A program made the position numbers and the translations under genes. DNA of 52,643 bases. Source: a virus. Lineage: Duplodnaviria; Caudoviricetes. Each line of letters begins with the position of its first letter. The first letter of the stretch is position 1. Under the pieces are notes generated by a model. It was not told where the DNA came from and did not search any database. It was given only the letters and a program-made list of their open reading frames with translations. The stretch spans positions 1-52,643 of IMG/VR virus record IMGVR_UViG_3300012921_000070; one strand, given 5' to 3'. Positions 9,789 to 16,863 of this stretch are shown here, piece by piece.

Positions 9789-10006
9789 TTCCGCATCCTC
9801 CTGAGCTTGCGAGCAACGTCCTTCGCGTCAGTCGCGATTGCGTCTATTCCTCTCGACGCGCCGGCATCCGTGTCCTCAAGGAGAAGGATGAACTGGCCAA
9901 GGATGATGCCAAGGGCGATGCCAACGTCTTGGACAGGCTCCCGTTCTAGAAGCACACCGATCTTGCCGGCTATCTCTAGCGCGTGCGGGTTCTTGAAGCC
10001 CATCAC
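9785..10006 (-). CDS. Hypothetical protein
   Basis: Coupled operon gene with RBS. Confidence 0.55.
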   Translation of the reverse strand: MMGFKNPHALEIAGKIGVLLEREPVQDVGIALGIILGQFILLLEDTDAGASRGIDAIATDAKDVARKLRRMRN

Positions 10007-10374
10007 TCCGCCTCCTGCCCTGTGCTTCCGGCACTCGTCTTGTGAGAGGCGAGGGCGGCGCGGACCAGCTCAAGAGCCGGACCAGCGGGCGCTGTGTCGT
10101 ATGTCGCGTCGAGATCGCCGCGCGCTTCGACCTCGGCGGCAAGGACGATCTCGGCAGCCTCCAGCGCCTTCACGAGAGCGGGGAGGGAGTTCACGGCGCG
10201 ACGGTTCCAATTGGAGACGAAGTTCTCCTTGAACCCAAACTCCAGGTTCCCGCTCGCATTGCACTGCGTGCAGCAAATGAACGACGCGCCTTGATTTTCG
10301 CCCTCATAGAGATCCACGCGCTCAGCCTCTCCACCGCAGAACGGGCAGGGCTTCAATTCAGTCGTGTGCGTCAT
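10003..10374 (-). CDS. Lar-family restriction alleviation protein
   Basis: LKPCPFCGG...CTQC...WNRRA signature. Confidence 0.8.
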   Translation of the reverse strand: MTHTTELKPCPFCGGEAERVDLYEGENQGASFICCTQCNASGNLEFGFKENFVSNWNRRAVNSLPALVKALEAAEIVLAAEVEARGDLDATYDTAPAGPALELVRAALASHKTSAGSTGQEAE

Positions 10375-10435
10375 CTTCCTGTCCTCTCAACCACTTGAAG
10401 GAACGGCGGGGGAAACCGCCGCTCGATGAAGGGGT

Positions 10436-10624
10436 TCAGGCTGCGGGGTTGTAGTTTTCGGCCCACGAGTTCAGGAGGCTGGCCCACTCTTCGGGACGGT
10501 CGAGGTCGACAGCGCTATCGTTCCGCATGTCGGTAAGGCTCTGCGCTAGTTCCATCATCTCGCCGTAGGTCAGGTTGTTCAGCGCATCAGCGACAGCTGC
10601 CAGCGCGTTAATCTCGACCGTCAT
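10436..10624 (-). CDS. Hypothetical protein
   Basis: Starts MTVEINAL after GGAG. Confidence 0.55.
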   Translation of the reverse strand: MTVEINALAAVADALNNLTYGEMMELAQSLTDMRNDSAVDLDRPEEWASLLNSWAENYNPAA

Positions 10625-10664
10625 CGTTCTCTCCATTCCACAAAGCACCGGGCCAAGGTGCGGG

Positions 10665-11036
10665 TTAGGCCTGTGCTGTGGTTGATGCCGCGGCCGCGGC
10701 ATTGACGAGACCCGCCGATTCCAGCGCGATCTCGAAGGTTGCCTCTCCGTCATGCGCGCCGGTATATTCGAGCGAGGTGATCTGGAACGGCCCTTCCACC
10801 GTGCCGAAATCCGGCACCACGGCCTGCCAGTCGCGGATCGCGCCGGCAAAGAACGCACTGCGGATCGCCGCGTCCGACGCCTGGTCCTTGAAGATGCCAG
10901 ACCCAGTGATGCGGAGGTGTGGGTCGAACCATCGCCAGCGTATCAGGCGCAGGCCAGCCACGGTGCGGCCTTCCAGCTTAAGAAGCGCGTCGATCTTCTT
11001 CCCGTCTGCTATGGCCTCAGTGATTGAGTTGTGCAT
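10665..11036 (-). CDS. GTA/TP901-1-type major tail tube homolog with internal deletion
   Basis: LLKL..TVAGLR and GSGIFKDQASDAAIRSAFFAG..DWQ..PDFGTVEGPFQITSLEYTGAHDGEATFEIALESAG match the remembered alphaproteobacterial GTA tail tube; GGAG RBS. Confidence 0.8.
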   Translation of the reverse strand: MHNSITEAIADGKKIDALLKLEGRTVAGLRLIRWRWFDPHLRITGSGIFKDQASDAAIRSAFFAGAIRDWQAVVPDFGTVEGPFQITSLEYTGAHDGEATFEIALESAGLVNAAAAASTTAQA

Positions 11037-11191
11037 CACATCGTCTCCAGTCGTGCGCTGCACCCGCCAAGCGAGCGCCAGAACGCAATGTTTGAGAGGG
11101 CATCAGACCGGCGGGTGAACGGGCCGGACCAAAACAGCGGCGGTAGGACGCGGTCGCTCAGCGGGGTCACGATGACGCGGTAGAGGGTCAT
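11036..11191 (-). CDS. Small hypothetical protein
   Basis: MTLYRVIV..., coupled at both ends. Confidence 0.45.
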   Translation of the reverse strand: MTLYRVIVTPLSDRVLPPLFWSGPFTRRSDALSNIAFWRSLGGCSARLETM

Positions 11192-11376
11192 GGCGCGAAC
11201 TCTCCACATGCTGGCTCGGTAGCTCTCCGTGCTGGGAACCACTCGGCGGGCAAGTAGGCGATTGGGTGTTGGTTGTCGGACGTCGTAGCGACCACTTGCG
11301 GCGGATATCGGCGGCACTCGCCACCGTTCCAATGTCCGCAGTCCCCGCATAACTTCCCGGCTTTGAGGGGCGTCAT
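11188..11376 (-). CDS. Small Cys-rich (Zn-binding) protein
   Basis: CGDCGHW...ECRRYPP...CGEF. Confidence 0.65.
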   Translation of the reverse strand: MTPLKAGKLCGDCGHWNGGECRRYPPQVVATTSDNQHPIAYLPAEWFPARRATEPACGEFAP

Positions 11377-11591
11377 CGCGCGGCACTCCTCTTCCGGTTT
11401 TCGCGATTGATCTTGGCGGACCGTCGTGCGTCCCGAACCTGCTCGGTGGTGATCTCGTCCAACTGTTCGTCGGTGAGGAAGTAATCGAGGCCATTCCGGT
11501 AAGCCGCCTCGGTGATCGCCGTGATCAATGCGTTGCGACCGAACGACTTGATGAATGCGAGCTTCTTTTCTCGGGTAGCGGCGGTCATCAT
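11373..11591 (-). CDS. Hypothetical protein
   Basis: Coupled, GGAGG RBS. Confidence 0.55.
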   Translation of the reverse strand: MMTAATREKKLAFIKSFGRNALITAITEAAYRNGLDYFLTDEQLDEITTEQVRDARRSAKINRENRKRSAAR

Positions 11592-11806
11592 GCAGCCTCC
11601 TGCTTCTGACGCTCAGCCATCTCGGCAAGCGCTTTCGCCAGCGCTTCGTCGAAGGTGTCAGCGGAGCCCGACGCGCAAGTCTGGTATTCACCGTCCCAAT
11701 GGACGTAGACGCCGATGTAGGGGTGGCCCGGCGCTCCGAAGACGTTGACGCCGAGGCCGGTGAGGTTGTGATCCGCGACGATCTTCATCAGGGCGGCTTC
11801 CATCAC
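11588..11806 (-). CDS. Hypothetical protein
   Basis: Coupled, AAGGAGG RBS. Confidence 0.6.
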   Translation of the reverse strand: MMEAALMKIVADHNLTGLGVNVFGAPGHPYIGVYVHWDGEYQTCASGSADTFDEALAKALAEMAERQKQEAA

Positions 11807-12234
11807 GCCACCTCCTTCGCCAGACGCGTCCGGCGCGCCACGAGCTCGTCAAAGTCCCGCCATGTGCCGATCGACGAATAGGCCGCGATCAGATCCGCCA
11901 CGGCTTCGTCATTGAGGGGAACGAGCGCGTTGAGCCCGTATTCGCGGCCCGGCGCGCCAAGGGCGTATTCGGTGCGCAGGGCGCAGACGAGATCGCCGGT
12001 CGTGTTCGCCGTCTTGCACAGGCAACAGGCGCGGGCGCTGTGATACGTCGCGGTCGAGTAGAACGCCGGGCGCCCCGCCGCATATGCCGCGACCGCGCCG
12101 TCGATCATCACCGCATCCTCGATCTTGTCGCCGTGGATCGCGATCAGAACCGCGATCATCTGGCGCGCCGTCGAGGCGGGGTCTGCGCTGGTCCGGGACC
12201 GGGTCGACCGGAAGGTCTGTGCGAGGGCGGTCAT
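11803..12234 (-). CDS. Hypothetical protein
   Basis: Likely start MTALAQ just after upstream stop. Confidence 0.5.
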   Translation of the reverse strand: MTALAQTFRSTRSRTSADPASTARQMIAVLIAIHGDKIEDAVMIDGAVAAYAAGRPAFYSTATYHSARACCLCKTANTTGDLVCALRTEYALGAPGREYGLNALVPLNDEAVADLIAAYSSIGTWRDFDELVARRTRLAKEVA

Positions 12235-12235
12235 C

Positions 12236-12628
12236 TCAGCGGCCCTCAGCCTTGGCGAAGCCGCCATGATCGACAATAGCTTGGGCGACCACTCTCAGCG
12301 GCACGTAACCGTAGACAGTATCAGTCGGATTTGAATCCTCACCGTCGATGTAAGGCATGAAGCCCTCCACCTTCTCGGAGGGATAGCCGACCTCGACCAT
12401 GCTCCACGGTCCCGCGCTGTCGCGCGGCGAGCAGTAGTGGAAGGCGCTCGCCTGGACGGACATCTTGAAGCCGTCCGCGCAGACGATCTTGGGGACATGG
12501 TTGAGGTGCCTGTTGAGCGCCATTGCTTCGCCGTGGAAGCGCGCCGTCACCTTGTCTGTCTCAGCATTGATGCGCTTGCTGGCATCAAGCCGGCTCTGCA
12601 GCTCGCTCATCACCTCGTTCAGCGTCAT
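12236..12628 (-). CDS. First PL gene; widespread phage protein of unknown function
   Basis: AGGAGAG RBS; CADGFKMSVQAS..HYCSPR..VEVGYPS..DTVYGYVP..HGG. Confidence 0.7.
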   Translation of the reverse strand: MTLNEVMSELQSRLDASKRINAETDKVTARFHGEAMALNRHLNHVPKIVCADGFKMSVQASAFHYCSPRDSAGPWSMVEVGYPSEKVEGFMPYIDGEDSNPTDTVYGYVPLRVVAQAIVDHGGFAKAEGR

Positions 12629-12666
12629 CGCGTCTCTCCTCATCAGCCAGGAAGGCTATGGGGAGG

Positions 12667-12717
12667 ATATTGCCACGTGGCAAACACATTGACAATAGGC
12701 AAAATGCCACTTGGCAA
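12667..12717 (-). promoter_or_regulatory. PL promoter and OL operators
   Basis: Operators TTGCCACGTGGCAA (12670-83), TTGACAATAGGCAA (12689-702), ATGCCACTTGGCAA (12704-17); minus-strand TTGTCA-N17-CAATAT. Confidence 0.85.
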
Positions 12718-12734
12718 AAAATCTTTGCCGTGCG

Positions 12735-12770
12735 AAAAGAAAAGCCCCGGCGGGATGATCCGACCGGGGC
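12735..12770 (-). terminator. Intrinsic terminator insulating PL
   Basis: GCCCCGG/CCGGGGC stem followed by TTTTCTTTT on the minus strand. Confidence 0.7.
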
Positions 12771-12809
12771 GCGCAGGCGTTCGTAAGACACTCGGTCCCT
12801 AGCAAATCC

Positions 12810-13200
12810 CAATGGATTTCGCAACCGAAACGATCGCCGCGCGGCGCAGAAAGTCCAGATTTCTCGCGTCTGACCGGAGGTTCCCGGCGAGAAAGAAGGA
12901 CCGGAGCGCTAAAGCGGCGGTCTTCACGGGCGTTGCCCCGCCGCGCCGATCATCCGGCGCATGAACTCCCAAGCGGTGATCGACTGCCAGGCTCAGTCGG
13001 ATGGTCGGGACGGGTAGGCGCCGTCCGAATGCTTTGGATGCGAGCTGAGGTGTAAACTGCGCGACATACCCTGAAGGTTCAGGCGGACTGGTCCACCGAT
13101 GAAGACGGACGGCGCAGGATATCCCGACTTGATAGCATCCCGGCCCGCGGCATAGGCGGCAGCCGAGGCGACGTTGCCCTTCAGGGTGAACGTCTTGATT
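12810..13200. ncRNA. Candidate structured ncRNA/leader upstream of HNH gene
   Basis: No credible ORF over ~400 nt; dense run of stems (see findings). Confidence 0.45.
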
Positions 13201-13228
13201 GGGCGAAGTGTGTCCAGAGGAGACCGGT

Positions 13229-13684
13229 ATGCCGATTGCGGCGGAAAAAATGAAGCTCTATCCCGGCGGGTCGATCAAGTCGGCGGAGTGGCAAGCGATC
13301 CGTGAGCGCATCCGTGCCCGCGCCGGCAATCGGTGCGAGAAATGCGGTGTCGAGAACCACGTCCTCGGCGGCCGGCTGCATAGCGGGAAGTTCTTGAAAG
13401 CCCAACCAAAGGGCGACAACGGCCTACGCCTGGTATGGCCGAATCCGGGCGAGGAGTGGTGGTGCGGCGATGTCGAGCCGATCAAGCTCCGCATCATAAA
13501 GATCGTCTGCACCGTGGCACACTTCGACAACCACCTGACCGATCACAGCGACGACAATCTGCGCTTCTGGTGTCAGCAGTGCCACCTGCGGCACGACGCG
13601 CGACAGCATGCAGAAAGCGCCAGGGTAACGCGCCGACGCAAGGCGCCGCAGATCGATATCGAGGACTGGTTGAGCAGTGCCTAA
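13229..13684 (+). CDS. Zn-finger HNH-like endonuclease
   Basis: AGAGGAG RBS; CEKC...TVAHFD...NLRFWCQQCH. Confidence 0.75.
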   Translation: MPIAAEKMKLYPGGSIKSAEWQAIRERIRARAGNRCEKCGVENHVLGGRLHSGKFLKAQPKGDNGLRLVWPNPGEEWWCGDVEPIKLRIIKIVCTVAHFDNHLTDHSDDNLRFWCQQCHLRHDARQHAESARVTRRRKAPQIDIEDWLSSA

Positions 13685-13710
13685 ACGAAAACCCCGGCCG
13701 GAGCCGGGGC
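13683..13710 (-). terminator. Intrinsic terminator of the cI operon
   Basis: CCCCGGC-CGGA-GCCGGGG stem with minus-strand TTTTCGTTT, between convergent genes. Confidence 0.7.
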
Positions 13711-13713
13711 AAA

Positions 13714-14235
13714 TTATGCTGCCGCAGGTGCGTCCTGTATGAGATGTAGCAAGTTCAACGCCCGGAGCCGGACCTCCATGGCCAACTTCGAAACGTCGAA
13801 CTTCTCCGCGAGGCCGGCCAGCGTAGTATTGCCAGAGGCGATCTCTTGCTGGATGGGCACCTTCGGCATCAGCAAACTTGCAGCAAAGCCGTTTGCTTGC
13901 ATTTCGTGCTGATAGGTGAGAGGCGCACTGACATTGCGGTTCGCGGCCTCATCGAATAATCGATCCAAGTGCTTGTGCTTCTTAAGCAAATCGCGGTGGT
14001 ATAGGAAGTGACCGAGCTCGTGCGCGGCCGTGAAGCGTCGGCGCTGGGGGCCTTCGTTGCTGTTTACGGCTATGGTGCAGGTCCATCCGTCGTATTCGAT
14101 GTAACCGGATTCTCCGGGCGGAAGATCACGCTCGACATAGGTCAGCCCAATATCGCGAATGATACCCTTCACATCGACCGGCGGGCGAAGCGCATATGCG
14201 CGAACGATCTCATTCTCGTTCTCGTATTTGATCAT
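13714..14235 (-). CDS. ImmA/IrrE family Zn metallopeptidase
   Basis: RRRFTAAHELGH, EMQANGFAASLLMP, C-terminal HTH. Confidence 0.9.
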   Translation of the reverse strand: MIKYENENEIVRAYALRPPVDVKGIIRDIGLTYVERDLPPGESGYIEYDGWTCTIAVNSNEGPQRRRFTAAHELGHFLYHRDLLKKHKHLDRLFDEAANRNVSAPLTYQHEMQANGFAASLLMPKVPIQQEIASGNTTLAGLAEKFDVSKLAMEVRLRALNLLHLIQDAPAAA

Positions 14236-14636
14236 TGCTTCCCTCCGTCGAGGCTATTAACCGCTTCTTGCGCCGTGGTCGAGGAAACCTGCTCCTGTCC
14301 TAGAATGTCCTTTAGGTCGCGCACCTCTGCGAACTCGCGTTTGACCAACGCTGGCAATTCCGAGTTTACCACATTCTCAGCGGTAGTGCGCGCGGTTTCC
14401 TCCGACACATACCGAAGCGACTGATAGCCCCAGATCGCGAGTAAAGCGATGAAGATCCCGAGAGCAGTGAGCAACACGCTGAGCGCGGCAAGGACTATCG
14501 TTACGAGTTCGACGGAAGTGAACCCGCCTACGACGAAGTAGCCTCGACCAAGAAACAGATAGAGGAGGCAGGCCGTGAGACCAATGTTGATCACAAACAT
14601 GCCGGCGGAGATAATCTTGCGCGCGCGCCAAATCAT
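14232..14636 (-). CDS. Two-TM membrane protein
   Basis: Two hydrophobic segments plus soluble tail; ATGA-coupled to immA. Confidence 0.7.
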   Translation of the reverse strand: MIWRARKIISAGMFVINIGLTACLLYLFLGRGYFVVGGFTSVELVTIVLAALSVLLTALGIFIALLAIWGYQSLRYVSEETARTTAENVVNSELPALVKREFAEVRDLKDILGQEQVSSTTAQEAVNSLDGGKQ

Positions 14637-14815
14637 GTTTCGCTTTCCGTACTGCCGCGCTCTTTCTGCTGAAGGCTGATCTCGAGCATCCCCATTCCTA
14701 CCAGCGCATCCCGCAATGCACGGATCGCTGCTTCCTCCTCTGAGCATCGGAGCTCGTGCGCCAGGCGGCGGAGCGCGATAGACGTGGCGGTGTCGAGGGT
14801 GAGGGTGAGCTTCAT
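14633..14815 (-). CDS. Small ribbon-helix-helix-like protein
   Basis: MKLTLTLD...LRRLA...EEAAIRALRDAL. Confidence 0.5.
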   Translation of the reverse strand: MKLTLTLDTATSIALRRLAHELRCSEEEAAIRALRDALVGMGMLEISLQQKERGSTESET

Positions 14816-14822
14816 GGCGAGG

Positions 14823-15230
14823 CTACTCGAAAGTCTCTTTGGTCCCGTCCTGATAGAGCACGGCTTTCGTGCACCCCCTCGTTGTGATGTTCTTCGGAGC
14901 AAGGGTGACCAGGCGGTCGAACCCGATCATCTTGTTCGTCTCGGTGGCCTCTTTGCCTGGGTCGAGGCGAAGATCCCTGTCGATCGGAATGCCGCCGAGA
15001 CTGCCGCCCAAAACATCGTCGAACCATATCGTGGCGTCGATCATCTCGATCGGCTTCGATGTCTTGTTGCGAACAGTGGTCGTAACCGATGTTCCTCCAG
15101 GGGCCGACTTTTCAGCGCTCCAGGTCACCACTTCGATGATGTTGGGCGACCCGCGATTGCACTGCGCTGCCGCCACCTCCGGCATGAGAGCAACCAAGCA
15201 CGCCGCGATCACCCTCGCCACTGAAACCAT
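14823..15230 (-). CDS. Secreted/periplasmic beta-rich protein
   Basis: Signal peptide ending AAA-Q; two Cys in mature part; downstream of cI. Confidence 0.65.
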   Translation of the reverse strand: MVSVARVIAACLVALMPEVAAAQCNRGSPNIIEVVTWSAEKSAPGGTSVTTTVRNKTSKPIEMIDATIWFDDVLGGSLGGIPIDRDLRLDPGKEATETNKMIGFDRLVTLAPKNITTRGCTKAVLYQDGTKETFE

Positions 15231-15910
15231 GCGACCACCCTCCCATAGACCCGAACATCCTCGCGGCGCAGTTCATCGGCGCCGTAGCGTTCATTGTCCG
15301 ACATCACGATGATCTTCTCCGACCGGGGCACCATTTTCAGGCGCTTGATCATGAGGCCATCGCCGTAGTCGAGCGCGTAGATATCCTCCGGTGCCGGCAC
15401 GATGTGCGACGTGTCGATGAAAACGAACGAGCCGTTCGGTAGCGTCGGTTCCATGCTGTCGCCGATCACAGGCAAGGCGAACACCTTGCCCATGCGCTTC
15501 CATCCGGCCTTTACAGCATCCGGGAAGCTCCAGAACCCATCGGAATAGTCGGAGTATACCTCTCCTGCGTCGTTCGTGAGCACACTCAGCGCGCCGCCCG
15601 GTCCCATGCCCGCGTGAATGGTGAAGTTCGGAACATCGCCCTTCCGGCCAGGCTCATTCGGGAAGACGGCGAGCTCTTTCGCCCGTTCCAGGTCGGCGAC
15701 GTCAAAGTCGTCGCTCAGTTCCTCCGCATCGGTCTCAAGCGCACGAGCGATTCGGATGATCTGCTCGAGGCTGATGCCGCGCAAACCGGCTTCCATGCGG
15801 GAAAGGTGGCTGGTCGAAATGCCCGTGCTCTCCGCCAGTTGCTCTAGCGTCAGTTCTTTTTTCTTGCGGACTTCCCGGATGCGATTTGCCATGCCGAGCT
15901 TATTCGCCAT
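15209..15910 (-). CDS. cI: CI repressor (HTH_XRE + S24 peptidase)
   Basis: N-terminal HTH, AG cleavage site (IHAGMG), GDSMEP and IKRL catalytic motifs; start 15910 or 15892. Confidence 0.92.
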   Translation of the reverse strand: MANKLGMANRIREVRKKKELTLEQLAESTGISTSHLSRMEAGLRGISLEQIIRIARALETDAEELSDDFDVADLERAKELAVFPNEPGRKGDVPNFTIHAGMGPGGALSVLTNDAGEVYSDYSDGFWSFPDAVKAGWKRMGKVFALPVIGDSMEPTLPNGSFVFIDTSHIVPAPEDIYALDYGDGLMIKRLKMVPRSEKIIVMSDNERYGADELRREDVRVYGRVVAWFQWRG

Positions 15911-15978
15911 CCGGCAAAATTTCGCTACCGCCAACTGGCAAATTGCCAATTGACAAGTATGTTGCCACGTGGCAAGTT
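15904..15978 (+). promoter_or_regulatory. OR operators and PR promoter
   Basis: TCGCCATCCGGCAA (15904-17), CCGCCAACTGGCAA (15928-41), TTGCCAATTGACAA (15943-56), TTGCCACGTGGCAA (15962-75); TTGACA-N17-CAAGTT. Confidence 0.85.
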
Positions 15979-15984
15979 CGCGCC

Positions 15985-16200
15985 ATGACGCTGCGCGAAT
16001 ATCTCCAGAGCCGAGACATGAAGCCATCCGCATTCGCCGCGGAGGTTGGTGTCCCGCCGTCGACGATCACACGCATCCTCAACGGGGAGAGGTCTCCCGG
16101 CCTCGAGCTGATGCGCGCCATCCGAGACAACACGAACGGCGAAGTGCAACCGAACGACTGGCTCGCCGCTCCCGCCCCCACCACAGGAGAGGCGGCATGA
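15985..16200 (+). CDS. cro: Cro-like HTH repressor
   Basis: MTLREYL...FAAEVGVPPSTITRILNGERSP...TNGEVQPNDW; divergent from cI. Confidence 0.85.
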   Translation: MTLREYLQSRDMKPSAFAAEVGVPPSTITRILNGERSPGLELMRAIRDNTNGEVQPNDWLAAPAPTTGEAA

Positions 16201-16508
16201 GCGGCGCGCACCTCACCAAGGCACCTGATGGCGCCGTTGTCCTGGGGATCGACGTCAACTCCGAACCGCGGCTGACCTATTCGCTGGAAAGCCTGCCGGC
16301 GCTGATCGGCGATCGCCAGTTCAAGATGCTGTGCGACGCGCTCGGCATCTCGGATGCGATGGTCGACGCCAAGGCGGGTCGCGCCGACCGGTTTGATGCC
16401 GGCGCGTTCTTTGCCGAGGCTGTGCAGCGGCGTGTCATTCATCAGCGGATAGAGGCGTCCCGGCAAGCGCAGCACTTGGCGTCTTCTTCGCAGACTGGAG
16501 ACCTTTGA
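16197..16508 (+). CDS. Hypothetical protein
   Basis: ATGA-coupled to cro. Confidence 0.55.
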   Translation: MSGAHLTKAPDGAVVLGIDVNSEPRLTYSLESLPALIGDRQFKMLCDALGISDAMVDAKAGRADRFDAGAFFAEAVQRRVIHQRIEASRQAQHLASSSQTGDL

Positions 16509-16770
16509 CGATGTCGTCGCGGTCTTCCTGCTCCAATGCGTCCATCGCGAAGTCGGCGGCGATCAGCAGCCCAAGCGCGGCCCGCTTCCGCGCCCTTCGG
16601 ATGCAGTCCTCGACGGTGCGTTCCGCAGCGTCCCTGTCTCCGGTTTCAAATGCCTCGACCTCAATCTCGATCGGTAGTGAGCCGATGAAGTCGGCCGACG
16701 CCAAGAACCGGAACTTCCAAATCCGATCGCCGCGCGACATTGCTCGCAGCTCGATCCCCCGTTTAGCCAT
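16435..16770 (-). CDS. Counter-oriented hypothetical protein (moron)
   Basis: MAKRGIEL... natural composition; purine-rich upstream; the opposite-strand ORF looks like a shadow. Confidence 0.55.
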   Translation of the reverse strand: MAKRGIELRAMSRGDRIWKFRFLASADFIGSLPIEIEVEAFETGDRDAAERTVEDCIRRARKRAALGLLIAADFAMDALEQEDRDDIVKGLQSAKKTPSAALAGTPLSADE

Positions 16771-16863
16771 CTCAGTTCGTCCCTTCCTGTCGTTGGTGGT
16801 TGGATTGTCGCGATCCCACTCTGCCGACGACCGGAAGGGACGTCCAGCGGGGAGGGCATAGCC

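Noticed and set aside
10404-10421. Hairpin CGGCGG-GGGAAA-CCGCCG as terminator or nut site
   Set aside because: No convincing U-tract or boxA; function cannot be assigned
13229-13684. HNH gene as IscB/Cas9-like nuclease
   Set aside because: Only ~150 aa; no RuvC motifs, PLMP or bridge helix
16505-16861. Ser-rich plus-strand ORF
   Set aside because: Composition typical of an antisense shadow; no RBS
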